DNA from: Gammaproteobacteria bacterium UBA3067
GTDB lineage: Bacteria > Pseudomonadota > Gammaproteobacteria > Pseudomonadales > UBA3067
Assembly (NCBI GenBank): GCA_002366835.1
Contig: DFBZ01000038.1
Span: 12,689-76,688 of the forward strand
Reading direction: 5' to 3'
DNA: 64,000 nucleotides
In this document: in pieces, positions 38,920 to 49,189 of the stretch
How positions within the stretch are numbered: position 1 is the first letter of the stretch
Layout: each line of letters begins with the position of its first letter
Notes under the pieces: model-generated
Database searches by the model: none
Told to the model about the DNA's origin: nothing
What the model saw: the letters and a program-made list of their open reading frames with translations, nothing else
Made by a program: the position numbers and the translations under genes

Positions 38920-39744
38920 ATGACTGTAACACTCCGCAAGATGCAAGCAAGCATCGACGCGAATACCGACGCTCCGGTTTCATATAACTTTGTACTAGGG
39001 GAAGAGCGAGTACCACTTAAGGAATCGTTGGGCCAGAATGTTCAATTAAAATTTTCAGGTGAAATATTCTGTATTCACTGTGATCGTAAGACCAAAAAAA
39101 GTTTTAGCCAAGGTTATTGCTACCCTTGTTTTAAAAAACTAGCCCAGTGCGACATGTGTATCGTTAAGCCTGAAACTTGCCATTTTGATCGGGGCACTTG
39201 CCGAGAGCCAGATTGGGCAGAAAAACATTGTATGCAAGGCCACACTGTTTATTTGTCTAACTCATCGGGCTTAAAGGTTGGTATTACGCGAAACACCCAA
39301 ATTCCTACACGCTGGATTGACCAAGGTGCCATTCAGGCACTGCCAATTTTTCAGGTGAACACTCGTCTGCATTCAGGGCTTGTAGAAATACTGCTCGCAG
39401 AGCACGTGGCAGATAAAACAAATTGGCGCACAATGTTAAAGGGTGATGTGCCGGTGCTTGATCTTCAACAGGAAAGGGATAAATTAATCGATACCTGTGA
39501 AGCCGAGTTGGAACAATTATGGGAAGAAGTGGAAGACTTTGCTTTAGAACCGCTTGAGGATGAAGCGATCTCTATTAAATACCCGGTGCTGGAGTACCCT
39601 AAAAAGATTGTCAGCCATAATGTTGAGAAAACGCCACTGATTGAGGGCACCTTAATGGGCATTAAAGGCCAGTACTTGATACTCGATACAGGTGTGATCA
39701 ATATACGAAAACATACCGGTTACCAAGCAGAGATTTCATTCTGA
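38920..39744 (+). CDS. DUF2797-like protein with an N-terminal multi-CxxC zinc-ribbon region
   Basis: 274 aa with CIHCDRKT...CYPCFKKLAQCDMC...C motifs. It lies in the conserved position next to pepN. The family assignment is from memory only. Confidence 0.55.
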   Translation: MTVTLRKMQASIDANTDAPVSYNFVLGEERVPLKESLGQNVQLKFSGEIFCIHCDRKTKKSFSQGYCYPCFKKLAQCDMCIVKPETCHFDRGTCREPDWAEKHCMQGHTVYLSNSSGLKVGITRNTQIPTRWIDQGAIQALPIFQVNTRLHSGLVEILLAEHVADKTNWRTMLKGDVPVLDLQQERDKLIDTCEAELEQLWEEVEDFALEPLEDEAISIKYPVLEYPKKIVSHNVEKTPLIEGTLMGIKGQYLILDTGVINIRKHTGYQAEISF

Positions 39745-39825
39745 TTTTCTCTCTAATATTTAAATTATAGTCAGAGCTAAAGGCAGCATATTCTTGCTTG
39801 TAATTAAAAACATAAGGAAATGAAA

Positions 39826-42495
39826 ATGAAAGATCATATTTCTCCTAAGTCCATTTATCTCAAAGATTATGAAGTGCCGGTATTTTTAATCGATAAAACT
39901 GAACTTGATTTTAATCTTCAAGATACAGAAACCATTGTAAGCTCACGTCTTACCATGCGGCGTAACCCAGAGTGTGGGAATAGCTCACTAAAACGCTTGC
40001 TGTTAAACGGTGGCGAAGACTTGGTTTTGTTATCAGTCGCATTGGACGGCCAAGTATTACCCGATACGGACTATCAGCTATCAGACGAAAGTTTGGCGCT
40101 GGATATAGATCTGGAATCGTTTGTATTAGAGATTGAAACGCGTATTCAGCCTCAGAATAATACCCGCCTCGAAGGTCTTTATAAATCAAATGGTATGTAC
40201 TGCACGCAATGTGAAGCAGAAGGGTTTCGGCACATCACCTATTACTTAGATAGACCAGATGTCATGTCTAAGTTTACAACAAGAATTGAAGCCAATAAAA
40301 ATACTTACCCGATATTGCTTTCCAACGGTAACAAAATCGATAGTGGTGATTCTGCTGGGGATAGGCATTGGGTCAGATGGGAAGACCCCTTTAAAAAACC
40401 ATGTTATCTATTTGCATTGGTTGCGGGTGACCTCGCTGTAAAAGAAGATCACTTTATTACAATGAGTGGACGAAGTGTTTTATTGCAGCTATTTGTCGAA
40501 CCTCACGATTTAGACAAGTGCGACCACGCATTACTTTCCCTTAAAAACTCTATGAAATGGGATGAAGATGTTTACGGTCGAGAGTATGACCTGGACATCT
40601 ATATGATCGTGGCAGTAAGCCATTTTAATATGGGGGCAATGGAAAATAAGGGGCTAAATATATTTAATACCTCCTGTGTATTGGCAAACCCAGAAACAAC
40701 CACGGATATGGCCTTTCAGCGTGTTGAAGGTGTCGTAGCACATGAATATTTTCATAACTGGAGTGGTAATCGTGTTACCTGTCGTGATTGGTTTCAGCTT
40801 AGCCTCAAGGAAGGTTTTACGGTGTTTCGCGATGAAGAGTTCTCCGCAGACATGGGCTCGCGCACGGTTAAACGTATTGAAGATGTCACCTTTCTAAAAA
40901 CGGTGCAATTTTCTGAAGATGCAGGTCCGCTGGCCCACCCCATTCGGCCAGAAAGCTATATTGAAATGAATAACTTCTATACCACCACCGTGTATAACAA
41001 GGGTGCAGAGGTTGTGCGGATGATTCACACACTTGTTGGGAAAGACGGTTTCAGAAAAGGTACAGACTTATATTTTGAGAGATTTGATGGCCAAGCAGTG
41101 ACAACCGATGATTTTGTTTCTGCGATGGAGGAGGCTAACAAGATAGATTTGAGCCAGTTTAAACGCTGGTATAGTCAGGCTGGCACGCCACATTTATCCG
41201 TTAGTGATAGTTTTGATGAAAAAGCCGGAACCTATACGCTTCACGTTAAACAGCAAACAAAACCCACGCCCAAGCAGGAAGAAAAAGCTGCGTTTTTTAT
41301 ACCCTTAAAAATAGCTCTTCTGGATAGCAGTGGAGCCGAGCTAAATCTTTCGTTAAAAAGCGGGAATTCGGCTGGTTCAGAGCAGGCTGGTGATAATGAA
41401 CTGACTCTCCTTGTTGATCAGTTTGAGCAGGATTTTGTTTTTTCTAATGTTCCAGTTAAACCAGTACCCTCCTTGCTCAGGGGTTTTTCGTCGCCTGTGA
41501 CGCTAGAATATAATTACTCTAACGATCAGCTCGGCTTGTTAATACGACACGATAGCGATGGGTTCATTCGTTGGGATGCAGCGCAGCAGCTTTCAAAAAA
41601 CTGTATCTTTGCACAGATTGATAACGTACACAGTGGAAAGCCTGTTGTGTTGGAAGAGGCGCTACTGGAGGGTTTTAGGGACGTATTGTCCGAGAAGGGC
41701 CTGGATAAGGAGCTGGTCTCCAAAATTCTGACATTGCCGAGTGAGGCCTATTTAATGGGGCTGATGCAGCCAGCAAATATTTCGGCGATACACGCGGTAC
41801 GACAGTCTTTAATCATGCAGCTGGCAAGGGCATTAAAACAAGATTTTATGGAGGTCTTTAAAGAAAATATATCGCAGTTGGCGTATCAGCCAAGTGCAGA
41901 ACAGATTGCTCAGCGCAGTTTGAAAAACTGCTGTCTCCAGTATTTAATGACACTGAAGGATGAGAGTTTTCAGAATGAATGTGCGTTGCAGTTTTCAGAT
42001 GCTAATAATATGACGGATGTGGCAGCTGCTTTGAGGGCAATGGTTCATAATGATGCGCCACAAACAGAGGAAGCATTGCAGTTTTATTATGATAAGTGGA
42101 AGCATGAGCCATTAGTGATAGATCAGTGGTTTTCAATTCAGGCCTCATCTCCAGTAGAAAACTGTTTACTTAAAGTAAAGAGTCTTATGGAGCATCCTCT
42201 CTTTGAATTAACTAACCCTAATAAAGTGAGAGCTCTTATTGCGACTTTCTGTTCTGCAAACCTGGTTAACTTCCATAACCCAGATGGGAGCGGCTACGAA
42301 TTTCTATCGGACATTGTCCTCAAGCTCGATGCAATTAACCCGCAAATTGCTGCGCGTATTGTAAACCCCTTGTCTCGCTGGCGGCAACAGGATGATTCGC
42401 GTCGCGAGTTAATGGTTGCAGAATTAGAAAGGATTAGGTCGGCACCGGGTTTATCGAATGACCTTTATGAAATGGTCAGTAAAAGCCTAGAGTAG
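39826..42495 (+). CDS. pepN: Aminopeptidase N
   Basis: About 889 aa with GAMENKG, HEYFHNWSGNRVT (HExxH) and LKEGFTVF motifs. I chose the ATG at 39826 because AAGGA sits 7 nt upstream; another ATG lies at 39820. Confidence 0.95.
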   Translation: MKDHISPKSIYLKDYEVPVFLIDKTELDFNLQDTETIVSSRLTMRRNPECGNSSLKRLLLNGGEDLVLLSVALDGQVLPDTDYQLSDESLALDIDLESFVLEIETRIQPQNNTRLEGLYKSNGMYCTQCEAEGFRHITYYLDRPDVMSKFTTRIEANKNTYPILLSNGNKIDSGDSAGDRHWVRWEDPFKKPCYLFALVAGDLAVKEDHFITMSGRSVLLQLFVEPHDLDKCDHALLSLKNSMKWDEDVYGREYDLDIYMIVAVSHFNMGAMENKGLNIFNTSCVLANPETTTDMAFQRVEGVVAHEYFHNWSGNRVTCRDWFQLSLKEGFTVFRDEEFSADMGSRTVKRIEDVTFLKTVQFSEDAGPLAHPIRPESYIEMNNFYTTTVYNKGAEVVRMIHTLVGKDGFRKGTDLYFERFDGQAVTTDDFVSAMEEANKIDLSQFKRWYSQAGTPHLSVSDSFDEKAGTYTLHVKQQTKPTPKQEEKAAFFIPLKIALLDSSGAELNLSLKSGNSAGSEQAGDNELTLLVDQFEQDFVFSNVPVKPVPSLLRGFSSPVTLEYNYSNDQLGLLIRHDSDGFIRWDAAQQLSKNCIFAQIDNVHSGKPVVLEEALLEGFRDVLSEKGLDKELVSKILTLPSEAYLMGLMQPANISAIHAVRQSLIMQLARALKQDFMEVFKENISQLAYQPSAEQIAQRSLKNCCLQYLMTLKDESFQNECALQFSDANNMTDVAAALRAMVHNDAPQTEEALQFYYDKWKHEPLVIDQWFSIQASSPVENCLLKVKSLMEHPLFELTNPNKVRALIATFCSANLVNFHNPDGSGYEFLSDIVLKLDAINPQIAARIVNPLSRWRQQDDSRRELMVAELERIRSAPGLSNDLYEMVSKSLE

Positions 42496-42536
42496 TTTGT
42501 AACAAAAAAAATATAAGTGTTAACGTTTATAAATAG

Positions 42537-42570
42537 AACCGGCTTTTTGTTTCCAAAACGCCGGTTTTTT
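42537..42570 (+). terminator. Rho-independent terminator after pepN
   Basis: Stem AACCGGC / GCCGGTT with a 16-nt loop, running into a T6 run. Confidence 0.6.
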
Positions 42571-42803
42571 ATTTCCTCAAAGTCTGAAAGTACCTCTTTA
42601 CACAATGCTTATACATGACTTTACATGGCGATGTTGTTACTCCTATCAGATCACTATTAAATACCCCTCAATGACTGGCAGCATTATTTTTGGTTTGGAG
42701 TGAAGGGTATTTTTAAAAAGAACGACCCTCTCACACTAAAAAACAGATTGTTGAAATACACTGATAGTCAATCAAGGCAAATGTTATTCAGCTGAGGGAA
42801 ACA

Positions 42804-43178
42804 ATGAAATTAGTGTGCTACTTTATTCCTGTTTTATGTGTTCTTTTAGGGAGTGGTGTATGTCGCGCGCAAGTCGCTGGGAATAATAATGGTTTTTGTT
42901 TCTCTGGGGTTCAAGATGTTGCCTCTAATCTTTCTTGTGCTGAGGTGGTGCAGGGTGGCTCGGCGTATGAAGAGCTCAGGAGCCGCTTGTGGGGTGAGGT
43001 GGTTCGGCAAGTGTGGAAAAACTCGAGAAAGCGTCATGAAAGAAGCCAGTTACAATCGGTTGAAAACTCAGAAAAAGGTCAAAAGGACGATGCCTGGAGG
43101 CGGATGCTGCGGGAAGCCGACTATGATTTAAGTGTGTCCTCCCGTCGCCTTGTTATGTCAATGAAAGTGCGATTCTAG
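42804..43178 (+). CDS. Small hypothetical secreted protein (124 aa)
   Basis: A signal-like N-terminus (LVCYFIPVLCVLLGSGVCRA/Q) is followed by a charged region. I recognise no family, and a competing overlapping ORF exists. Confidence 0.4.
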   Translation: MKLVCYFIPVLCVLLGSGVCRAQVAGNNNGFCFSGVQDVASNLSCAEVVQGGSAYEELRSRLWGEVVRQVWKNSRKRHERSQLQSVENSEKGQKDDAWRRMLREADYDLSVSSRRLVMSMKVRF

Positions 43179-43336
43179 CTCCCTCTACACCTAGCCCAAC
43201 CTCAATACCTGTAAAAGCCTGCTTCTATTGCCTGCCCCGTATGCTCCTGTGCTTGCGATTGTTCATTCTCTAAGCCCCCCCTTTTTTTATCCAAAGCCTG
43301 TAAAATCCCGCGTGTACTAATTAATGAGGAAGTAAC

Positions 43337-43618
43337 ATGTTAGAAGTGAATAGCTACTTTGAGGGTAAGGTGAAGTCAATTGGCTTTAATACGGACACTT
43401 TGCCTGCAACGGTTGGTGTAATGGTACCTGGTGATTATACATTTGGAACAAGTGAGTTCGAAACGATGACCGTTGTCAGTGGTATTTTGCTTGTGAAGCT
43501 ACCGGGCAGCGAGCAGTGGAAGGAGCTTAAGAGTGGAGAGCAGTTTAAGGTGGAGGCGAATCAAGAGTTTCAGCTAAAGGTTGCAAAGGATGCAGCCTAT
43601 ATGTGTACCTACGGTTGA
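43337..43618 (+). CDS. ppnP: Pyrimidine/purine nucleoside phosphorylase PpnP (DUF1255)
   Basis: 93 aa. The sequence NSYFEGKVKSIGF...GVMVPGDYTFGTSEFETMTVVSG closely parallels E. coli PpnP/YaiE. GAGGAAG lies upstream. Confidence 0.9.
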   Translation: MLEVNSYFEGKVKSIGFNTDTLPATVGVMVPGDYTFGTSEFETMTVVSGILLVKLPGSEQWKELKSGEQFKVEANQEFQLKVAKDAAYMCTYG

Positions 43619-43670
43619 GTCAGCTTTAGAGTTGGCGCTGGGAGTGCCCTAGGGCCAATTAGATGGAAAG

Positions 43671-43703
43671 AAAAAGGGGCGATAGTTTATCGCCCCTTTT
43701 TTT
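43671..43703. terminator. Bidirectional rho-independent terminator between ppnP and the aldehyde dehydrogenase gene
   Basis: Stem GGGGCGATA / TATCGCCCC, flanked by an A5 run upstream and a T7 run downstream. It lies between convergent genes. Confidence 0.85.
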
Positions 43704-43726
43704 ATTGAATCACCCTGCTTTATCGA

Positions 43727-45181
43727 TTAGCTGAGTATATTTGAGACAACCTTAAGCACTTTCACCACAAATGGGGGGTACGCTCGGTTCATCAAGGGGG
43801 CGGGAGACAGTGCACCCTGGAAGATAACGCTCTTCTTGTGAGAAAACTCCAGAAAGCCGGCTTGACCATGGTAACTACCGAGGCCGCTTGGCCCAACTCC
43901 ACCAAATGCCATCTTTTCATTGGCGAAGTGCAGCATCGTTTCATTAACGCAGGCGCCACCAGAGATGGTGCGACTTAGCACTTTATCGGCTTGCTTTTTG
44001 TTGTTATCAAAGTAGTAGAGCGCCAGTGGGCGAGGGCGCTCATTTACAAAGCGAATAGCTTGGTCAATGTCACGATAAGTGATAATGGGCAAAACTGGCC
44101 CAAAGATCTCTTCATGCATAATATTGCTGTCGGTATCCACGTTTAGGAGCAGTGTGGGTGGAATAATGCGTGTTCCTTCACTGATGGTGGCGTTAGTGGG
44201 GTTCACTTGTACAACCGTTGCGCCGCGCTCTTCTGCATCCTTGATCAGGTTGCTAACACGGACGAAGTGCCGGTCATTGACGATCCAGCTGATATCTTTG
44301 TTGTTCTCTACGCTTGGGTAGCGTTTAGTAAGTTTTTCTTTGAAGGTGCTAACCAGCTCGTCCACTTTTGATTCATGAACAAGGATATAGTCGGGAGCAA
44401 TACAGGTTTGCCCAGAGTTCATGAATTTACCCATCATGATACGGTCTACCGCTTTGCTGATAGGGTAGTTTGGATTAATGATGGTGGGTGATTTTCCGCC
44501 AAGCTCCAAAGTAACGGGAGTGAGGTTTTCTGCCGCCGCCCTCATGACAATTTTGCCTACGTGCGTGCTGCCGGTGTAAACGATATGGTCAAAAGGTAGT
44601 TGTGTGAAGTTAGCAGCTACTTCAACATCACCGGTTACGACACTGATGTAAGACTCGTCGAAGGTGTTTGCGATCATTTTCTTGACCACTTCACCTGTTT
44701 TAGGCGTGAGGTCAGAAGGTTTGATGACGGCGCTGTTGCCAGCGGCGATAACGCCAATCAGAGGTGATAATACGAGTAGAACTGGGTAGTTCCAGGCTCC
44801 CATGATGCCTACAACCCCTTTGGGTTGATAAATGACGCGGCTTTTTGCCATGCCGGCACTTAGGCTTCGGCCGGGATTGGAAGGCTTCATCCACTTTTTA
44901 AGGTGGGACTTTGTGGCCATAATTTCGTTAAGGACTGTCACCACTTCAGTGATCCATGTTTCAGTGTCACTTCGGTAACCAAAATCTTCCTGGACGGCAG
45001 CAACGATCTCTTCTTTATATTCGCCGATCGCTTTTTTAAGCTTATTCAGGGCTTCAATACGCTGCTTGTAATCAGGTGCACCGTTGTTAAGAAATGCAGC
45101 CTGCTGCTGGTGAAGTAGAGGTAAAAGGGGGTTGCCAATTTCGGCGCTTGTTTCGGCTGCTACAGGTTGTGGATTGTTCAC
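43727..45181 (-). CDS. NAD(P)+-dependent aldehyde dehydrogenase (coniferyl-aldehyde-dehydrogenase-like)
   Basis: 484 aa with the catalytic motifs LELGGKSP and GQTCIAPDY, and the EEIFGPVLPI motif. Confidence 0.85.
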   Translation of the reverse strand: MNNPQPVAAETSAEIGNPLLPLLHQQQAAFLNNGAPDYKQRIEALNKLKKAIGEYKEEIVAAVQEDFGYRSDTETWITEVVTVLNEIMATKSHLKKWMKPSNPGRSLSAGMAKSRVIYQPKGVVGIMGAWNYPVLLVLSPLIGVIAAGNSAVIKPSDLTPKTGEVVKKMIANTFDESYISVVTGDVEVAANFTQLPFDHIVYTGSTHVGKIVMRAAAENLTPVTLELGGKSPTIINPNYPISKAVDRIMMGKFMNSGQTCIAPDYILVHESKVDELVSTFKEKLTKRYPSVENNKDISWIVNDRHFVRVSNLIKDAEERGATVVQVNPTNATISEGTRIIPPTLLLNVDTDSNIMHEEIFGPVLPIITYRDIDQAIRFVNERPRPLALYYFDNNKKQADKVLSRTISGGACVNETMLHFANEKMAFGGVGPSGLGSYHGQAGFLEFSHKKSVIFQGALSPAPLMNRAYPPFVVKVLKVVSNILS

Positions 45182-45474
45182 GGAAGTACTCCTGAATATT
45201 ATTATTTGCGGTGTAACGGTTCAGCTGAGACCTAAATGTATGTGTTTTAGCGTTAAAAAGGTGTCTTTCCTTTTATTCTGCTCGACTTGGGCAGTCACTA
45301 TGCTCGCTGAATAGTTTCTTCGCGGTTAGCCCCGCATTTTTCGCTAAGTAAAAATCACAAAGGCAGGGTAAGCGGGGGGCGTAAGACGTTTTTTCGTAAG
45401 AAATGAACGAATCGCACAAGATAACAGAGATAAGCCGCAATGCCAAATTCGCAGCTGCGTGCGGCTGCTTTTAT

Positions 45475-46284
45475 TCAGTAAGTTGCTTGATGGGTTTTAG
45501 GCCAAGTTTGTAGCATAAGCATATGAAAAAACACACCCTTGTAACTCAAAATACAGCCGTCTTTGGTAATGGAGTGAACCCTTAGGTTATGACTTAATCG
45601 CCCCCCTTCTTTAAGGTTGTGGCTATTTATAATAACGGTGCGCTTACTCGGCTGTTTGTCATACCAGTGGGACTCGTAGCGAAGCTGCGGTAGTTGCTTT
45701 TGTATCTGTGGGCTGACCTCCTTTATGTTGGGGGTGTCCAACAGGTAAAGCTCAGAGCTTGCGCTTGTTACTTGAGGGGCAATATCGCGGGCTGTTTCTT
45801 GCTCTTTGCGCTGAGGGAGAAAAGGTTCTTCTATATGAGTCGCTACGACTGCTTGGGTAATGGTTATTGTTGTGTTCGGTTCACTATGTGGGAGGTTCAA
45901 GTTAGTACTGCTTATCTGGGGGCTGGTAGAGGCGTGCTGCTTTTCAAGTAGCTTTGGTGTAGCTAAGTCAGATTCCAAGGGGGTAGCATAAACTTGTGAT
46001 AAATGGTGGGTAATATTGCTTTCTACAGCCAGGTTCGGACTGGTCGATTTTTTGCCGCCTTCTCCATGCTGGAAATAGTCTGAAGGAGTAAGGCTTGATC
46101 TATAAGCAACGCCGAGAACAAGTAAGCCCGCTAGCATCGCAAAAATGCCTATGGCATTGCGCCGGTTTGCAAATGACTTGGCCTGATGAGCATTAGCTTT
46201 GTAAAAGGCAGGATAAAGTGTTGGTGTTTTCGGTGCTTGATCTTCTTCCTCTGACTTCCTTAAGGCCTCTAGTATCAGCGACAC
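45475..46284 (-). CDS. gspB: GspB/ExeB-like type II secretion assembly protein
   Basis: 269 aa with the N-terminal MSLILEALRKSEEE signature, a single TM helix and a Ser/Thr/Pro-rich linker. It starts 1 nt after the exeA stop. Confidence 0.7.
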   Translation of the reverse strand: MSLILEALRKSEEEDQAPKTPTLYPAFYKANAHQAKSFANRRNAIGIFAMLAGLLVLGVAYRSSLTPSDYFQHGEGGKKSTSPNLAVESNITHHLSQVYATPLESDLATPKLLEKQHASTSPQISSTNLNLPHSEPNTTITITQAVVATHIEEPFLPQRKEQETARDIAPQVTSASSELYLLDTPNIKEVSPQIQKQLPQLRYESHWYDKQPSKRTVIINSHNLKEGGRLSHNLRVHSITKDGCILSYKGVFFHMLMLQTWPKTHQATY

Positions 46285-46285
46285 C

Positions 46286-48013
46286 TTAGCTTGCCTCGCT
46301 CAAGCCAGTGAGGAGTGGAGAAGAGGCGTTGCTTAGATTGTTTATGGTTATGATGGTTTCTGGCCCTGCCAAGCCGTCGGCTTTTAGTCCGCTCTCTTTC
46401 TGGAAGAGCTTAATTTGTTTTTCGATAGGGGCTATATAAATCGGCAAATTCGTTTCAGGCGTGCTGGCAGCAATATTCAGTTGATCTCTAAACCATTGAA
46501 TGGATTGGGCTGAGCTTTGGGCGCTGATAGCCTTTGAGTATCGAAATGGCGGCCGCCATAAAAGCTCAAATTGCCCCGTCCATAGAGAGTTTAATTCATC
46601 AAGGCTAGTCATTTGCTGCTCACCTGCTACAAGCAGCTCTGCTTTCTCATCCAAAACCTTAGTGATGGTTGCAAAATACTTCTGTCCGCTGTTATTTACC
46701 AGTTCGAGAACGGCAGGGCGGTTAAGCCTTATGAGACTTTCAAGTGAGCGCTGGCCTTGCAAACACCGTAAAGCATGGCTTTCAGCAACGGCACAAAAAT
46801 CATCTCCGTATGCGAAGCTGCTTTCTATATTCCAGCGAGCGAAAAGTGTTTGGCGCGCCTGAAGTCTGTGCTCCTTAAGCCCAAGGGCTTTCGTTTTTAC
46901 AGTAAGTGCCTGGGGAATATCTTTGGTTAAGCTCTTGGTTGTAGCGTTGCCTTGGCCTTGATTGAACCTTGTTTCGTAGCTTGATAGAGGTTTTTGAGTC
47001 GAGCCGGTGCTTGTTGGTGCTGAATAGGGGCTTTTTTGGGCGATTACTTGCCCCTCGTCTGGTGGCGTTGTGAGTAAATAACTTTGAATTGTGGGCGAAA
47101 GCAAATACAGGCTTAAAGCTACTATCAGGGAAGCAAACGCTGTCGCTGCGAACGTTCGGGTTTTGAAAGCGGATGAAGCTGAGCGTGAAGGGGGTGTGGC
47201 GTCGAGAATCTCGGCGGCGGCTGATTGAATTTCTTTTTTGCTGACCTGGCTTTGCGTGTGAACGTAGGTTGCCAGTAATGCACGGTCTGACACCGTATTA
47301 ATAAGCCGAGGAACCCCTCTGGTTAACTTATGAAGGGTTTTGATGGCGCTTTTGTTAAACAGTGGTCGTTTAGAGCCGCCCGCAACATAAACGCGATGGT
47401 TTAGGTAATTTTCCACTTCGCTTAGGGATAGAGGGCCAATATGGAAGCGGGCAGTAATGCGTTGTGCTAACTGTTCAAGCTCTGGTTTTTGGAATACCTC
47501 GCGCAGCTCTGGTTGGCCAATTAAAATGATCTGCAGTAATTTCTTTGAATTTGTCTCAAGGTTGGTGAGAAGCCGAATCTGCTCAAGCACATCGATACTG
47601 AGGTTTTGTGCTTCATCGATAATTAATACGCTATGTCGGTTACGGCGATGTTGGTCTAGCAAGTGCCCATTTATCTTATCAATTACTTGCTTGATGCTTA
47701 GGCTGTTGTCTTCTGGGTTTAGCGGTACTTTAAACTCGTCGCAGATGCTTAAAAGTAATTCCAGTGCAGAAAGCTTCGGGTTAAAAATATAAGCAACTTC
47801 AACATAATCGGGGATTTGCTCTAGAAGACTACGGCACAGGGTGGTTTTGCCAGTTCCGATATCGCCTGTTAATAAGACAAAGCCCTCTCCCTCCTGGATG
47901 CCGTATAGCAGATGAGCAAGCGCATCTTGGTGCTGTTCGCTCATGTAGAGATATCGAGGATTAGGAGCGATGGAAAAGGGTTTTTCCTTGAGGCCGAAAT
48001 AGTCGGTATACAT
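46286..48013 (-). CDS. exeA: ExeA/GspA-like AAA ATPase with a C-terminal peptidoglycan-binding domain
   Basis: 575 aa. It has the N-terminal YFGLKEKPFSIAPNPRYLY motif, a Walker A (GDIGTGKTT) and a Walker B (LIIDEAQ). A TM segment is followed by a C-terminal PG_binding_1-like motif (FQKESGLKADGLAGPETI). Confidence 0.85.
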   Translation of the reverse strand: MYTDYFGLKEKPFSIAPNPRYLYMSEQHQDALAHLLYGIQEGEGFVLLTGDIGTGKTTLCRSLLEQIPDYVEVAYIFNPKLSALELLLSICDEFKVPLNPEDNSLSIKQVIDKINGHLLDQHRRNRHSVLIIDEAQNLSIDVLEQIRLLTNLETNSKKLLQIILIGQPELREVFQKPELEQLAQRITARFHIGPLSLSEVENYLNHRVYVAGGSKRPLFNKSAIKTLHKLTRGVPRLINTVSDRALLATYVHTQSQVSKKEIQSAAAEILDATPPSRSASSAFKTRTFAATAFASLIVALSLYLLSPTIQSYLLTTPPDEGQVIAQKSPYSAPTSTGSTQKPLSSYETRFNQGQGNATTKSLTKDIPQALTVKTKALGLKEHRLQARQTLFARWNIESSFAYGDDFCAVAESHALRCLQGQRSLESLIRLNRPAVLELVNNSGQKYFATITKVLDEKAELLVAGEQQMTSLDELNSLWTGQFELLWRPPFRYSKAISAQSSAQSIQWFRDQLNIAASTPETNLPIYIAPIEKQIKLFQKESGLKADGLAGPETIITINNLSNASSPLLTGLSEAS

Positions 48014-48356
48014 AGCTTGTGATCAACTAATCAGAGGGATAAGCAGGGTCGATGCGTTGATTTTACAGGATGGTGATGGGGTCGCAAGCCTTATGGGAAG
48101 CAAAACAAATGACAGCCGACTGGTGAGCCTGTGGAATATTGCTATAATTATTTCCGTTAGTACCGGCTTTGCTGATGGCGGTGGAGAGCATGGGTGCCTT
48201 TGATGGCCGGTTTGCTAAAAAAATATTTTAAGACAATGCCATTTTAAGCCGGTTTATAAGGGCTGGTTTCGCGCAAGAGTATGAATAGGAACTGGAGATG
48301 TTTGTGTGTAGAATGTCCGCCAGAAGAGCCGCAGGTACTATGGATACTGGTATACG

Positions 48357-49124
48357 ATGACTGTAAAAAGTAATAACTACGCACCCGACAAAACCTTTCA
48401 ATTAAAGGGAAGTATGGTGACGGTGATGGTGATGGAGATCTTACAGAGTGATTTAAGAGGCTTTGCCACCGAGCTGAACGAAAAAGTAAGCACTGCCCCA
48501 GAGTTTTTTCAGGACACCTCTCTAGTTTTCAACTTGGAGAAACTGGAAGAGCAAGCCGAAATAGACTTTACCTCCTTAATAGAAGCTTGTCGTGCGAATG
48601 GCTTATTTCCTTTTGCCGTAAAAGGCGGCAGTGATCAGCAATTAGTTGCCGCCCGTTCGGCAGGATTAGTGCCTGTTTCTGGTGGGAAGTCTCGTGAGGA
48701 GTCAATTGATAAGCCAGTTGATAAGCCAAGGCCTAAATCCGAACCCGTTGAAGAAAATCCGACTGAAGAATTGCCATCGCAACTGAGCCCAGCGAAGCAG
48801 CCAACAAAAATGGTGACTCAGCCAGTTCGCTCAGGTCAGCAGGTTTATGCTAAAGGCGGTGATTTGATTGTGCTTTCTTCCGTAAGCGAGGGTGCTGAAA
48901 TCCTTGCGGATGGAAATATTCATGTCTACGGCGCTCTTCGAGGTAGAGCCCTGGCAGGTGTTCAGGGTGATGAAAGCGCGAGAATTTTCTGTAGTTACCT
49001 AGATGCTTCTTTGGTTTCGATAACGGGTGTCTACTTATTAAATGACAATATAGAAAAAAGCCTTTTAGGTAAAAACGTACAAATTTCTCTTAATGAAGAG
49101 CAGCTTGAAATAAAGGCACTTTAA
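48357..49124 (+). CDS. minC: Septum site-determining protein MinC
   Basis: 255 aa. The C-terminal beta-helix motif is present (RSGQQVYAKGGDLIVLSSVSEGAEILADGNIHVYGALRGRA). It lies upstream of minD and minE. Confidence 0.9.
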   Translation: MTVKSNNYAPDKTFQLKGSMVTVMVMEILQSDLRGFATELNEKVSTAPEFFQDTSLVFNLEKLEEQAEIDFTSLIEACRANGLFPFAVKGGSDQQLVAARSAGLVPVSGGKSREESIDKPVDKPRPKSEPVEENPTEELPSQLSPAKQPTKMVTQPVRSGQQVYAKGGDLIVLSSVSEGAEILADGNIHVYGALRGRALAGVQGDESARIFCSYLDASLVSITGVYLLNDNIEKSLLGKNVQISLNEEQLEIKAL

Positions 49125-49189
49125 TACGCTGTCAATTATTGATGGGGTAATACAAAGTTTCAGTGTGGTAAAAAAAGGAAATTGAAGGA

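Noticed and set aside
48140-48320. TATAAT (about 48146) and TAGAAT (about 48309) hexamers upstream of minC, considered as promoters
   Set aside because: I found no convincing -35 partner at 16-18 nt spacing by eye. Isolated -10-like hexamers are expected by chance in AT-rich spacers.
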